Assembly (NCBI GenBank): GCA_013239625.1
Contig: MU054166.1
Location: forward strand, 137,319-201,318
Reading direction: 5' to 3'
Length of the DNA: 64,000 bases
Source: Lama guanicoe
Taxonomy: Eukaryota
Part shown: piece after piece, positions 40,401 to 55,563 of the stretch
Layout: every line of letters begins with the position of its first letter
How positions within the stretch are numbered: the stretch's first letter is position 1
Made by a program: the position numbers and the translations under genes
The notes under the pieces: generated by a model
What the model saw: the letters and a program-made list of their open reading frames with translations, nothing else
Told to the model about the DNA's origin: nothing
Database searches by the model: none

Positions 40401-43400
40401 TGTTCTCCTTTGTTTCTCTGTTGTTGATTTCTAGCTTCATGGCATTATGGTCAGTAAAGATGCTTGGGGTAATTTCTAACTTTTAAATTTGCTGAGGTTT
40501 CTTTTGTGCCCAAGTTCATCATGAATCCTGGAAAATATTCCACATGCACTTGAAAAGACTATATATCCTATTTTGTAGGGTGTGCAATGCTGTGAATATA
40601 TCCACCAAGTGCAATATTTCTACTGTATTATTTAACTTCTCTGTTGCCTAACTTTTTATCTGTCTCAATGATATTTCCAGTGATGTTAATTCAGTGTTGA
40701 AGTCTCCAAATATGAATCCCCCTTTATATCTGTTAGTAATTATTTTATATATTTAGGTGCTCCTCTATTTGTTGCATGTGTATTAACGAGTGTGCTATCC
40801 CTATATTGTATCACTCCTTCAATCATTATAAAATGTCCTCCTTTATCATTATGGCCTTTGTTTTAAAGACTATTTTGTCTGAAATCAGTTCTGAAACACC
40901 TGCTTTTTGGCTTCTCAAATTATATGGAATATCCTTTTCCATCCTTTCACTCTCAATCTATATGTGTCCTACTCTCTGAAATGGGTCTCTTGTATGCAGC
41001 ATATTGAAGGTTCTTGCTTTATTATCCAGTCAGCCACTCTATGATTTTTAACTGAAGCATTTAGTCCATTAACATTTACAATAATTGATGATAAGCTAGT
41101 GTTTACTGCCAAATTGACCTTATATTTGCAGTTGATTTGGTATTTCCTCTTTGTTCCTTTCATCTTCCTTTTATGGTTTGGTAATTTTCCTTTGTATTAT
41201 CATGAATTTTATTTAGATTTAGTGACTCCCTGATAAGTTTTTGTCTTCTGGCTATCCGTTTTTATAAGTCCATTAGATCATTGCTATAACTGCTTTTATT
41301 AAATGGATAGTAAAATGATCTCAAACCCATCCTACTGAGAACAAAATATTTTAAAGGAAAGACCAAAAAAAAAATTCTCTATTTTGCTTCCTCCCTCTCC
41401 CACTCTCAAAGATTTGTATGTCTTGTTTTAAAATTTTGTGTATATTTTATTTGTAACTCATGAGTTATCACCTTTCCAGCTGTGAGTTTCACATTTCTGT
41501 AGCATCCTGCTGCTTTTCTTTTTAGAGAAGACATTTCAATTATTCTTTTAGCATAGGTCTAGTTTTGCTGAACTTTTGAGATTTTTCTTGTCTGTGAAAT
41601 TCTTTATGAATCCTTCTACCAAAAATGATAGCTTTGCTGGTTAAAGCATCCTAGGTTATAATATTTTTTTCATTCAGGACTTTGAATATATCTTGCCACT
41701 CCCTTCTTGCTTGTAGTATTTGTGCAGTGAAATCAGCTGGGAACCTTATGGGGATTCCCTTGTAACTCACTCTTTGCTATTCTCTTGTTGTTTTTAGGAT
41801 AATTTATTTATCCTTGACTCTGGCCATCATAATTATATGTATTGGTATGGTTATAATTGGGTTCTTCCTTTTTGGGACACTCTGAGCTTCCTATATTGGA
41901 TATCTGATTCCTTTTCTAAGTTTGGGAAATTCTCAGTCATGATTTCTACACAAACCTTTGCAATCACCTTTGATCTTTCTTCCCCTTCTGGGACTTTTAT
42001 CATGCCAAGTTTGGCATGAATTCTATTATCCCATAGGTCCCTTATGCTTTTTTCATTTGTTTCTCATTGTTTCTCTTGTAGCTCTACTGATTGGGTGCTT
42101 TATATTGTCCTGTCTTCAAAGTCACTAATTCGTTCCTCTGTGTTATATAGTCAGCTTTGCTACACCTTTAAATCATTCCTAATTTCAGTCAATAGGTTTA
42201 CCTATTCTACTCGGCTCTTCTGTATAGCTTCCATTTCATTTTTGACATATTTTATATCTCTAAACTTTATGTCTTTTATTTCCTTCAATACTTAGATCAC
42301 TCCATTTTGAAATCTTCATCTAGTAGGATATCGATTTCTATTTCACTGATTGTTCTTTCAGAGGATTTCTCTTGTTCTTTTAATTGGGAATGGTTTCTCT
42401 GCTTCTTCATCTTTCTACTACTTCTCTGGCATGGTGGTTTATGGAGTATCAGTTTTCTACTGTGGTCCTAAAGGTGTATATCTACCCAATGCCAATGCAG
42501 TATTACAACTTAGAAAATAGAAAAAGACAGAGAGAGATAAAGAATTTTAAAGAAGGGAGAAATAAAAGTTTGAAGAAATTGTATAATGAATAATATTTAA
42601 ACAAGTGGAAGCAGCATTTTGAAAAATAATGATAATAAATATATTTTAAAAAAATTACCAAGGGATTAAAATGGGGGTATATATAATTGAATAAAAAGTA
42701 AAAATTAAGAGGTTAAGAGAAAATGGAACAGGTAAAAACAGATTAAAACAAGGGAGTGGTCTTTGTCCTCCTGGAGACTGTGTACTTTTAATGTGAAGTC
42801 TTTCTGTATTCATTCTGTTTTGGAAGCTCATCTTGCTGTTTCTTGAGGCCTTCCATTGGAGCCCTCATCTCTGCTGCTCCCTGGGCTTGTCATCAATCAG
42901 ATCGCTCCTACACCCAACACTGGTTCAGGTGCAGCTCTCTTTACTCTGGGCTGGCTTGTCACTGCCCTGCCTGATGCTGCAGTCAGATGTTACAGACTGA
43001 CCAGTCAGGATTGGGCATCACACCCTCTCCCAGCACCATGGTCAGGGGCTGCATTCCAGCTCAAAATTTGAGGGGCCACCTGTCCCCTCAGGTTGCCGAT
43101 CACTCTGCTGCTCTGTGCCAATGTACTCTCTGCCTCTGTTTTGCACACCGGAAGGGGGCTCATGGAAGACTGAGGAACAGCCCTGTCCCTGGTCTTGGTC
43201 AAAATCCAGCCCCTTGTTTGTGTTGGCAGACAAGTTCTCTGAAGAACCAGGACAGTAGGATCATATTTGCCTCATGCAGTCGACAGTCTCAGTATGGCCC
43301 ATGATGCTGCTAATTCCTTGGGTGTAGATGCAGGGTTTGCCCCCACTGCTGCCTGGGTGCAAAACACCAGTGGCTATGGTGGCTGTGTCTGAGCCCCAGC

Positions 43401-44020
43401 TCTCTTCACCTACAGACTTTTTGTTGATTTTCAGATATGGGGATTGCACCCTTCCCCCCAAAGGGTACATCTGCCTGGTTGTTTTATGGAGGGCCCAGGT
43501 TGTTCTGCCCTGTGCATCCACAGCCATGGCACAAAGCCCACTCCATTTCCCAGGGCCGCCACAGTGCTGCCATTCCCATCTACAACCCAGCTCGAGCAGC
43601 ACGGTCCTGCCCCCAGCTTCTGGGCTGCATCTTCAGCTGGGTGTCACAGGGATTCTGTGTGCCTGTTTAACTTAGTTCTGTCAGTCAACTTATACTCTAT
43701 AAAGGTCCAAGCCTTGGATGCTCCCGCTCCATCCTGCTGAAATCTCAGTTGGAGAGTGGAGACTCAGTGAATGAGCACCAGTCTTTCTTAGCTGCTCCCT
43801 CCCCGTGGGATCTGTCCCACTCTGTTTTGCCTTTTCTTCTTTTTTCTTACTTTCCTCATACCAGATTTTTAGCATCTTTATCTATTGAAGAACACAATGT
43901 TCTGTCAGGGTTCTGCAGGTTCTCTGGTTAGCTGAGTGGGTCTATGGATGTGTGTATTGGTGCATTTGTTTGAAAGGGTGAGCTACAAGCTTCTTTCTCT
44001 TCCACCATCTTTGCCTCTCC
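37486..44020 (-). mobile_element. Near full-length degraded L1, unit B copy of 5281-12137
   Basis: Same flanks and same internal ORF2 deletion (~38906); RT fragments in ORFs 38884-39288 and 39279-39476; private deletion of roughly 80 bp at ~38054. Confidence 0.95.
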
Positions 44021-44029
44021 TAAAGAAAC

Positions 44030-47000
44030 TCTCACTTTATGGTGGAAGATAAACATAGTCTGAAAAAATGGAAAAGATATTCCATGGAATTTACAAGAAA
44101 GTGCAGATTGCAATGTTCAACTCATACAAAATATGTTTTAAAATAAGAGCCAAAATGAGAAAAATTATGAGATTATATAAAGAAAAAGAGATCAATATAA
44201 AAATAGGGTATTACCTTCATTATATTATATATGGACCCAACACCATAGATCTTGAGTATGAAAAGAAATTTTAGTAGACATGAAAGAATCAATTCATTAT
44301 AAAATAATAAGAGTAGATGAGTTTAACACCTCTCTATTCTGATGGCCAGATCATCCAGAAAGAATATGTGTAAGGAGACAGAGGTTTTTACCATATTAGA
44401 TAATTTGAACCTAGGTGAGCTATTGGAAACTGCATCACAAAAGCAGAACAGTTAAACATTTCAAGTGTGCCCAGGATGTTATCTAAGGAATTAACCACAT
44501 ATTATGTCATGAAATGAGCCTCAGGGACTTTAAGCAAATATAGGTAACAGCAAGTAGTTGATGCAAGTATGATACTGTGCATCAACTCTAGAAAGAAGAA
44601 TAGGAAAAGCACAAACATGAAGTCAAAGAACATCCTTTAAAAAATAAATTTAAAAATTGTCAATGATGAAATCAAAGTGTTGATGAAATCAAAGAGGTAA
44701 TAAAATCATACCTGAAGACAAATTACAATGAAAACACAGCTTCATAAAATGTATGGGATGCAGCAAACACAAATCTAAGAGGGAAGATGAGAACAAATCA
44801 GGACTCCTACAAGGAAGAAAAAAACCTCATAGAAAGGACCAAGCATACCACACAAAATAACAAGAAATAAGAACAAACAAAACCAAAAGGCAGTAGAATG
44901 AGAAATCTTTAATGATTATGAAGAAAATAAATACAATAAAAGTTGAAAAATAAATTACAAATCATAAAATCAACAGCTTTAATTTTTCTTAAAAATATTA
45001 ACAAATAGGTAAGCATTTAGCCAGGGTTATTAAGAAATACAGAGACTGGACCCTAACAAAATAAGAAATGAAACAGTAGAAATAACATCTGATATTACAG
45101 AAACACAAAAAATGATTATGAAAGCACTATGAGCTGTTACATGCAACCAACTGGACGACCTGAAAGAAATGGACAAATTTCTTGAAACCTACAGTTGCCA
45201 ACACTGAATTAAAAGAAATCTGAAAACTTTTAAAGAGCTAACAGTATAAGTTAAATAAAATCTATAATTTAAAAACACCCCTAAAATAAAATGCCTTGAT
45301 GCCTTCATTAAAACCACTTTCCCCAAACTATTTCAAAAAATGAAGGAGGAAGGAAAATTCCCAAATTTATTCTATGAAGCCACCATTACCGTGATAACAA
45401 AACCAGTCAAAGACACTAAAAAAAAAAAAAGAAAATGAAAATGAAAATCCAATATCCTTGATGAATATACATTCAAAAATCCTCGAAAAACTTCAACAAA
45501 TGAATACAGCAATACATAGAAAGAATTATACACGATGATCAGTTGGATTCCTTTCAGAGTCACAAGGATGGTTCAACATACAAAAGTAAATCAACATGAC
45601 ACATATCTAATAAAGGAAGGACAAAATTCACAAGACAATGTCAATACACAAAGAAAAAGCATTTGAAAAATTCAACATACTTTCATCATCAGAACTCTCA
45701 TGAAAGTGAGTACAATGGGAACATCTCTCAACGTACTAAAGGCCATTTATAACTATTTATAATAGGGGAAGTGCTGAAAGCCTTCTGGGTAAATTCGGGA
45801 AAAATACAAGGATTCCTACTCTCAGCACTTGTGTTCAATAGTAATAGAAGAAAGGAAAAGGAAAAGAAAAAAAAAAGAAATGCAAAATGGAAAAAAGAGA
45901 CAAAATTGTCACCATTACAGATGGCATAACAATCTACATAGAGAGTCCTAAGGGCTTCACATTGACTATTATGAACAATAAATAATTTCATCAACGGAGC
46001 AGGGTACAAGATAAATTTAAAGTAGTCTCTTGCATTTCTACACATTAATCATGAGATACCATACAATGGACTTTGAAAGCAATAATAATTAATACCCCAT
46101 ACCCCCGTATATCTTGGAATAAATGTTACCACGTATGTGAAAGACCTAAACATTGAAAATAATAAAACATTGACAGAGAAATTAAAAATGATTCAAAGAA
46201 TTGGAAAGATGTCTTGTGCTCTTAGATTAAAAGAGTTTATATTGTTAACATGGCCGTACTACACACAGAAACCTACAGATTTAGTGCAATTCCTGTTATG
46301 AAGTTGTAGTATTTTCCACACAATGAGAAAATTAATAACTCTAACTTTTACATGAAACTATTAAAAACTGCCAAAATGATCTTGAGAAAAAACAACAAAT
46401 CTGGAGGTATAACCCTCCCAGATACCTTACTATACTACAAAGCTACAGTAATAAAAACAGCATGGCATTGGCACAGAGATATAATCAATAAAAACAGATA
46501 GAGAGCCTAGTAGTAATTCCACACACCTATGAGCAATGAATCTATGATAAAAGAGGCATGAGTACACAATGGAGAAAAGACTGTCTCGTCAATGGATGGT
46601 GTTTTGAAAGCTGGACATCTACATGTAAAACAGTGAAATGAGAGCATTCCCTGACATCATATACTGAAATAAACTCCAAGCGTATTAAGGACCTAAATTT
46701 AAGACCTGATACTATAAAACTGCTAGAAGGGATTAACTAGAAGGGATATAGGTGATACGCTATTGGATATATATCATAGGAATGTTTTCTTATTTCAGTC
46801 TCCTAAGGCAAAAGAAACAAAAGCATAAATAAGCAAATGGGACCTAAACAAACTTGAAAATTTCTGCACAGCTAAGGACACTATAAGTGAAATGTAAAGA
46901 CTGCCTGTCTAATTGGAGAACATATTTGCAAACAATGCAAGTGACCAGGGGTTAATAGATGTAGGTTAATAGATGTAACATGGATTTAGGTTGCACAACG

Positions 47001-47703
47001 CAAGGTAAAAAACAAAAACAAGAGCAGAGTACCTGAGTTAATAATTTTCCAAAGAAAACATACATATGAGTAACAGGCAAGTGATAAAATTGCTCAACAT
47101 TACTAATTATTAGATAATTGCAAATCAAAACCACAATGAGTTATGACTTAAAAAAATGGATATTATCAAAAAGTCTACAAATAGAAAGTATTGGAGATGA
47201 TGTGGAGGTAAGAAATCTCTTGTATACTCTTGATAGGGATGTAAATTGTAAGAAATTGTATTGAAAGCAGTATTCAGATTTGTTTAAAAACTAAAAAGTT
47301 AACTACCATATGACCCAGTAATACCTCTCCTAGAAAAATTCTGGTGATAGTAACCTAAATTGAGAAGAAAGAATATTCACACAAGCACTGTTTATAATAT
47401 GCAAGACAGGGAAGCAATCCATGTGTCCACATTAGACTATGGACTTAAGAAGTTATGATGTTTCCATAAATATACAATGGAATATTACTCAGCCATGAAA
47501 AAGCTTAACACATTGCTATTTCAGCATCATGAATGGACCTAGTAATTATTGTGCTTAATGAAGTAACATAGACAAAGACAAAATTATATAATATAATTTA
47601 TATGTGGAATCTAAAGAATAACAAATATCTGTGTACATCTATATATAGCTATCTATTGATAGATGACAGATAAATAGATAGAAGTATAATACATGATAGA
47701 TAA

Positions 47704-47734
<31 letters not shown>

Positions 47735-48075
47735 CATACATACATAGATATAGACATGATGAGGTAAAGAGATTAGATAGACAAGACTTAAGCCGACTAA
47801 AAGAAATGGGAAAAAATTTATGTTTACCAAAGGGAAGGGAAAGAGAATTAAATAGTAGAACATTGACAGATACAAACTAGTATACATAAAGGAGAGAAGC
47901 AACAATGATAATCTGTATAGATCATGGACTTATACACAATAGCTTAAAATAAGTGTATGTTACAATCATTGCAATAATTCATAATGCAATATAATCTACA
48001 AAGTTGTTAGAATAACTATGCTGTACATCTGAAACTACACAAAATAGTACATCTACTGTACTTCATTTAAAAAAA
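44030..48075 (+). mobile_element. Old 5'-truncated L1, unit B copy with the empty insertion site
   Basis: Aligns with 12140-15539 and 23052-23700; empty site ggactt|aagaagttatg at 47441-47457. Confidence 0.9.
47655..47750. repeat. (GATA)n microsatellite
   Basis: Direct reading. Confidence 0.9.
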
Positions 48076-48469
48076 TCTCATCTGTAATTTAGTCATTTTT
48101 CCGCTGATAGCAGCTTCCTTTAATATTGTTTTATTTTTGCTCCTTACCTTTTATGATTACTGACTCAAATTATTTCTTTTACTGTTGTAAACAGGTCATC
48201 GGTTTGAAGTATCTATATTTATTGCCCCTGATTTCCTACTTTTCACTCTTTAATTCATATAGTATAGAAGCATTTAAAAATATAACCAAAGAAACAATTG
48301 CAAGTTTCTCATGGTATCTCCTTAGCATTTTTTTCAATGTTTTGCATATATTTGCCATTTAATATTTCTAAGAAAATTTCTTTTCTACACCTCTTATTAG
48401 TTGTTTTGTTTTTATCACATTGAGGATTTGTTTGTCAGGTAAATTCTTTATTTTCACTTTATAAATAAG

Positions 48470-51400
48470 ACAGCTGAAATGTCAGAAAATAAATAAATAA
48501 AATAATGATTAAAAAAAGAAACATTCAATCAAAAAAATGGCTTTTGAAAGATAAATAAAATTGATAAACTTTAAACAGACTCATGAGAATAAAAGAGTAC
48601 AGATTAATAAGCTCAGAAGTAAATGAAAAGTTACCGCTTATATCAAAGAAATCCAAAGCATCATATGAAGATTCAACAAATTATATGTAAATAAAATGGA
48701 AACCCTAGAGAAATATACAATTTCTGAGAAAGACATAATCTCTTGGATGGAATGAAAAATAGAAAATAGGAACAGATTAGCAATAATGAAATTGAATAAG
48801 TAATTAAACAAATTCTCCCAAGAAACAACATTCCAAGCCTAGACAGCTTCACAGATGAATTCTGCCAAACATTTAGAGAAGAGCTATCACTTATACTTCT
48901 CAGAGAATTCCAAAAATTTGCTGAGGATGGAAGGCTTCCTATCCCACATTTCTGTATCACACTACTACTAAAACTGGAACAAAAACTTCAAAAAATTTCA
49001 GGTTAAATACTACTGATAATCATAGATGCAAAAATCATCACTGAAATGTTAGCAAAGCATAAAACACATTAACAAGTTTATATAATATGATTAAGTCCAT
49101 TTTAATCCAGGGATGCAAAAGTGATTCATTACCTACAAATTATTCAGTATGATACACCACAGTAACAAATTAAAGAATAAAAAATATTTAGTCACATCAA
49201 AAGGGTCATAAAATGTTTTGACAATACATTAACAATTTAAGATTAAATTTCTCCTCAAATTGTGCATGAGGAAACATACCTCAACACAGTTAAGGTCATA
49301 TAAGACAAGAACTCAGCTAACATGACACTCACTGATTAAAAGCTGAAAGCATCTCCTGTAAGAGCAGGAAGAAGACAAGAATGCTCACTCTTACCACTTT
49401 TATTCAGTATAGTATAGGAAATCCTAACTATAGCTATCCAAAATAAATGGAAATATATTATAGCTAATTAAGAATAGGAGTAAAAGTATCTGCTTGCAGA
49501 TGACATTCTTTGAAGAGAAATTCTATAGATGGCACCTCAAAACTACTAGTGCTTATCAATGCATTTGCTAAAATTTCAGAATATAAAATTAACGTACATA
49601 AATCTTGCATTTCTTCACACTAAAAACAAGCTAACCGAGAAAGTGAGGGAACAGTTGCATTACAAAAAAAAAAATCAAAAATTATATCAAACCAAGGAGG
49701 TAAAAGACCTGTACACAGAAAACTATAAAATATTTATAACAGAAATTGAAGATAATGCAAACAGATAAAAGGATATACTGTGTTCGTAGATAAGGAAAGT
49801 AATATTGTTTAAATTACAGTACTAGCTAAGAAAATACACAAGTTAAATTCAGTGCCTATCAAAATACCAAGTGTATTTTCAGAATTTACAGTAAATAATT
49901 GTAAAATTTATGTGTAAACACAAAAGAGTTGAAATCACTAAAAAAAAGCAAAGAAAAGAAAAGAAACATAAACACAAACAACTTTGACAAAGAACAAAGA
50001 GGATGTATCCATTCCCCTGATTTAAAACTATAATACAAAGCTACAGTGATAAAAAGAATATGGTAGTCAGACAGAACAAAGAAAATAGTGGAACACAAAG
50101 AATGACTGAAAATGAAATCAGACAGTTATGGTCATTTTGTACATTACAAATATGAACATACAGTGGGGGAAAGGTAATAAACAGGCATATGAAACCGGTC
50201 AACATCACTAACCATCAGAAAAATGCAAGTCCAAAACACAATAAGATTTTATGTCAGTACTGTCAGAATGAATATTATCAAAAACATAACAAATATAAGT
50301 GTTGGTGAGGATGTAAGAAAAACAACTCTGATGCACTGCTGGAGTGAATGTAAATTTGTGCTGCCACTGTGGAAATCAGTATGCAGTTTTATCTAAAAAT
50401 TAAAAATGAAATATAATCCAACATTTCCATATCAGTATACTTATTCCAAGAAAATTAAAAGACAAACTAGAAAAGATAAATTCAAACCTATATTCACTGC
50501 AGCATTGTTTACAATAGAGAGGATATAGAAGCAAATTAATTGTTCATCAATAGATGATGAAAAATAAAATGTGTGTTTATAGTATATATATCTACAAATC
50601 TATATTTTCTATTTTTATATTTCATTGATTTATCTGAATTATATATTTATATACATGAACACACACAGATAAAAATACAATGGGTTATTACGCAGCTATA
50701 AGAAGAATAAGTTCTTCATTTGCAAAAAATGGGTAGACCAAGAGGGTAATATGCTAAGTGAAGAGTCAGAAAGAGAATGACAAATGCTGCATGATTTTAC
50801 TCATATTTGGCATTCAAAAAAATGAACATAACACAATAGAAAAGGAGATACAGATATACAAAGAAAAAGGTTCTTCCCAATAAGGAGGGAAATGGTGTGA
50901 GGAAAAAGAAATATTTAACGAAAATTAAGACAGAAAATTTTCCAGTTGCAAATTAAATGAATCAGGGGCAAGAAATGTGCTCTATGGGGAAGAGTAAATA
51001 ACTATGAAATATCCTTAAAGAGCAACATATCATAACTAGATATATTCTGGTGATCAGTTTGAAATGTACTAAAAATAGCAAACAGTACATTGTGTAAGAG
51101 GAACTAACGCATTTTATACATTAAAGTACAGTTCAAAAAGAAACATAATTATAGAAAAAAATTAGATTTGTAGTTAACAGAGGCAGGGTTTGGAAAAGGA
51201 GAATTTGATTAATGCAGTCAAAAGCTACAAACCGCCAGCCTTAAAATGAATGTGTCCTTGGGATGCCCCATAGTAACATCAAAATTACAATTAATACTGC
51301 TTTATGTTATATATGAATGTTGTTAAGGGAGTAGACCCTAAGTTTTCTCATCACAACCAAAAGGCAAATTGTATCTCTTTAATATTGTATTTAAATGAGA

Positions 51401-51530
51401 TAATGAATTCTCCGTAAAGTTGCTATGATATTTATTTCATGATACTTGTAAATCAAATCACTATCCTGTACACCTAAACTTACACAGTATTCTATACCAA
51501 TTATATCTCAATAGAAGCGGAAGGAAAAAT
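48470..51530 (+). mobile_element. Old L1 ORF2 / 3' UTR, unit B copy
   Basis: Aligns with 27801-30890. Confidence 0.8.
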
Positions 51531-51549
51531 GGAAAGTCAATATTCACAT

Positions 51550-52550
51550 ATTCCCATGTCATTTCTCATGATTGTTTCTGCAGCAAGTAAACTTGAGTCA
51601 TGATATACTTATCCTAGGTAAACATACTAATAAATAAGTGATTCTAATAAATTATACATAAAGATACTAATAAAATTAGTGTTTTACCATGCCTTAAACT
51701 TTCTTCATGTTAACAGCCCACTGATTCTGTAGGCATCAAAATTTTACTCTGTGTATTCATCCGAGAATAGGGAATGGATACAAATTTAAAACTGGCTGCT
51801 CTTGCTGTGTGTGATAAAGTTCACTGTCTCTGACCGATGTTCTCATCTCCCCAACAGCATCTGTAAGTAATGAACATGCTAGGTTTCTAAAAATCTCAGC
51901 ATGGTAAAATCTCATAACTCCTACAATTCTTAACTGTTTTGCAATGGGATTGCAATACTGACAAGGACTTGATTTTGGATAACAATGCGGTGTTTTCTCA
52001 TGGTTGCATTAGGGGATGTGAGGATAATCCCTGAGATCCACTACAATCTTGCTCAGGTACTGGGCAAAGAAGTGTAAAGGTTCTGCATCATTAGGAATGA
52101 GGACTGCTTTCAAAATGATGACTATGCTCACTGTTCTCCAGGTAGTTCAAGGGGAGGAAGGTTATTGCAATTTCTAGGTGAATGGGAATAAGTCAGTTTT
52201 TCAGTCTCTATAAATTAGTCAAGGGGTTATAAAAGCCAAAATAAGTTGTGTCAACAATGAGAATTAGAAGAAAAAATAAATTAGACATAAGCTTAAATTA
52301 AAAATGAGAGACAGTTCTGTGCTGGGCTCTGGGGACTGGAGAATTTATATGCCTCAGTCCAATTCAAGGGTTCAGTGGCTTGGCCCTAACATCAGCTCGG
52401 AATTCAATGAACAGGTAACAATTAGTAAACTGGGAGAAATATAGTATACCTCTCCCTGAATGGAATAAAATCTGGTTGCTCAGTGAAATTCTTAATTCAC
52501 AGGGATTCTGCCAGATGCAGAAGAATAATTCACTGATGACTCAACTAAAA
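51550..52550 (+). mobile_element. Ancient ERVL-class LTR and internal remnant, unit B copy
   Basis: Aligns with 30900-31900; LTR end at ~51935. Confidence 0.5.
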
Positions 52551-53884
52551 AAATTAGTTACTGCTTAACAATCCATCTTCACACACACACACAGAGGAAG
52601 ACAGATTTGTAGTATTTAGTGGGAAGAGTTCTTTGGACAGAGCTCAGAGAATAGTTTTCAAAGCACCAGCCAACTTTTGTACTTTTTCAAATAGTCTAGG
52701 TTTTCCCAGGTAGAAAACTACAGATGGACAAACAAACAATATTCTTCTTTAGGATATCTAATTTTAAAAGTAAACTGTAGCTTTTGACTTATCAGAGTAG
52801 AACCTTGTTAAGATGATCACGGTAAGACCCTTTGTCTGATAAGAGAGCTGGAAAATAGCTGCTGAACCAGCCCAACTGAACCGCAGACTGCTAATGTAAG
52901 CAGCAACATAGCCACCATCAGAGTTGAGCTGACAAATTTAAAACCTTGATATATCTGTTGTAGGAACAACCACTAATGTCCAGACACAGATCTCCGTCTG
53001 CAACTGTTCTCGATTCTTCTCTTGGTAAAGCACATATTGGTGGGATGTTGCAAGAGTTTATCCTGTCCCATTTGCCCTTTCTCCAGATTATCAAAGTCTT
53101 TCTTCACAACTGGTGATATTTTTTCCGGACTCAATGTTGCCATTTCAGTCTTATCAGCTGACACTGGCTGCATGATTATTAGCAGAAGCCTTAAGCTTCC
53201 TGAACTTGCCTACAATTTTTCCAGCATATCAGGGCGTTTCACATTCTGTAAATTCTTTACATTTTATTTTAAATTAATGAGAAATAGTCAAAGAATTCCA
53301 TGAATATTTTATATTTCCTAATATCTGCAGTAATTTGGTACTCATGCAGTTGGACAAATTTTAATTCCACCACCCTCACCTCTTTCTAGTCCACACAATT
53401 TTGATTGCAATTTGGTTACTTAATACAACCACCCCAACCAAGGGTCTAGTACCTCTTAGATACTTCCTGTGTGAAGGTTACAAGGAGAACAAGTTATGAG
53501 GGGTGCATAAACCTATATTAAATAATTGCAATAGCACTTTCTATTCTGGACAAAGCTCTGATTCTAAGAAGTTAATTAATTAGAAGGCAGTATAGTTATT
53601 ATTATGGAGAAGAGAATCAGCTATTTTGGGGAGGGTGGGTGATGAAGAGAAAGGAAATTATCCAGCAATTGAGTATGGAATGCTTTAGGCATCTGGAGGC
53701 ATGAATAAAGAAGAAAATTATACTTTGTCTCCTGTACCTACCTCCACTAACTGTCTTGTGTGACTAGTCCATGGGCTATTAAAAGAGCTAGTTTGTGGTG
53801 AAGAGTATAGACCATAATGAGATAGTTTGAAAGCCATGAGAGTTCTGTTGTTTCAGGAAAGTAGATTTTGCTTAAAGTCAACAA

Positions 53885-54370
53885 GTATTTTTCATTCACT
53901 AAATAGTAAAATGCTTCCTGTGGCATGTGCTCTGCATACTATGCTGGTATCCAAGTTAGACAAGTAAAGGGGGATAGACAGAAAACATCTGGAGGAAGTG
54001 GTTTCTGCGCTGAGATGGGGATAGTCTAAATAGGTAAAAGGAGGACATCCTAAGTCCAAGGATGAGCTGGAGCAAAAGTTTTGAGGTTGAATTTAATATG
54101 GTTGATAAGCATTTTCCTGGATGTATCTCCAGAAACAGTGAAACATAATATCAAATGCCAGATTTATAAAGAAATGACTAAACTAAGTTGAGTTTGTGGG
54201 CTTAGATTTGGAAAGGCATTAAGTGCCACCCTGAGGACTTAAGCTTGTCTTTGTCTGGAACATAAAAGCAACATAAAATATTGACTAGAAAACATAGAGT
54301 AGACTCTTAGGGCAGGAAATGAAAACACCAATTGGAATGCTTTGACAACAGCACAAATAAGACCATAGAT
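53885..54370 (-). mobile_element. LINE-2 3' remnant
   Basis: ttcattcact... start, ctggaggaagtgg..ctgag and aaggcattaagtgccaccctgaggactt resemble the antisense L2 3' consensus (recalled). Confidence 0.6.
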
Positions 54371-54774
54371 AAAATTACTTCTTAAATTCTACCACATCCT
54401 GATTGTGCCAAGCCATCTGAGACTACATAATGTGACCTTTATGATTCCAGGGATGACATAATAGAGACCATGATCCCTGGGCCGGTTCCTGTATTTATCT
54501 TATTTTCCAACCAATCTTAACACTTTTAATACTTTCCAGGATGAACCAGAAACCACTTAAAACTATTCCATCTCTCCATGTTTTTGTCATTCTTCAAATT
54601 CTTCCATTTTCTCTTCTTCCTTACAAGAAATTATTTAAATTAACTCCCATATTGTTCCATCAAATGATCATATTAATCAAATATCTCCTTTTTTTCTCAT
54701 AATGGTAACTTTGTCTCCCATGTAACTCTTAACTCTGTTTAAAAAAATAAGGTAAATACAGGTACACCACTATG

Positions 54775-54780
54775 TTTATT
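54775..54780 (-). terminator. Candidate HSFY polyadenylation signal
   Basis: AATAAA on the minus strand, ~95 nt after the ancestral stop. Confidence 0.6.
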
Positions 54781-54873
54781 GTTCAAATAAGAAAATAGCA
54801 GATATATGTCGACATTTGCCAACATCAATTGTAATCTTTGTTATCCTTCATAATCTGGTAGTCCTCTGGTAGA

Positions 54874-55563
54874 TCAGTTGTAATTAAGATGACATTCATA
54901 AACTTAAGATGTCTGATGAGTTTGCCTTGAAAGAGAGTTAGCTGATGTATTAGCTATCACTTGCACTGGAAAATGTGGGTTGATCCCTGGTTGAAGTTTA
55001 GAAAAATGACCTTCAATGGCAGATAGGTTGTGATACCTATTTGGAAAAATAGAAGGCTCCACCATCTGTCCAAATTAATTCCTTTTTGGGAGACAAGATG
55101 CTGTACTGAGAGGTAGAAGTTCCAGTTGAAATGAAGTTCACAACACGGCCATTTGCTTCAGTGTAGCTGCTTTGAGAGTGCCCGTGGAGAGTGGTCAACT
55201 GATTTAAAATACCACGTTGATCCACTGCAATTTCTCCTGGTGGTCTAAATGAAATTGATGATGGAGGAGAAAAATCACATCTAAATGTGGTATTTGTATC
55301 ACCAATTATGTGGCTAGTAGAGGGCTTTCTTATTAGAGTCATGTTTAAATTTGCAGAGGTAAAAATGCACTTTCTCCACAAGTGTCAGCCACATAATCAG
55401 AATTATGAATATCCACATTACCCACTGCTTTATATTGCTTCTTGTTGAAGTCTTCAGCCTATTAAGATACCAGAGGGGTATGTTTATTCCCAACCTTTCT
55501 TTTTATTCTCACTAAAATCTGGGGACAGCCTCGTTTAAAATTTGGATTATGGTAGAACTGCAG
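54874..55563 (-). pseudogene. HSFY: HSFY exon 2 coding part, disrupted
   Basis: LQFYHNPNFKRGCPQILVRIKRKVG; TAA TAG at 55464-55459; frameshifts at ~55365 and ~55085; TAA at 54906-54904; ancestral TGA at 54876-54874. Confidence 0.93.

Larger units (their letters stand above)
33297..53927 (+). repeat. Amplicon unit B, part shared with unit A (continues into the HSFY segment)
   Basis: 33297-47457 matches 1108-15539; 47447-48469 matches 23052-24102; 48470-53927 matches 27801-33295. Confidence 0.93.

Noticed and set aside
55037..55381. Independent 114 aa ORF
   Set aside because: It is the segment of HSFY exon 2 between two frameshifts and has a non-ATG start.
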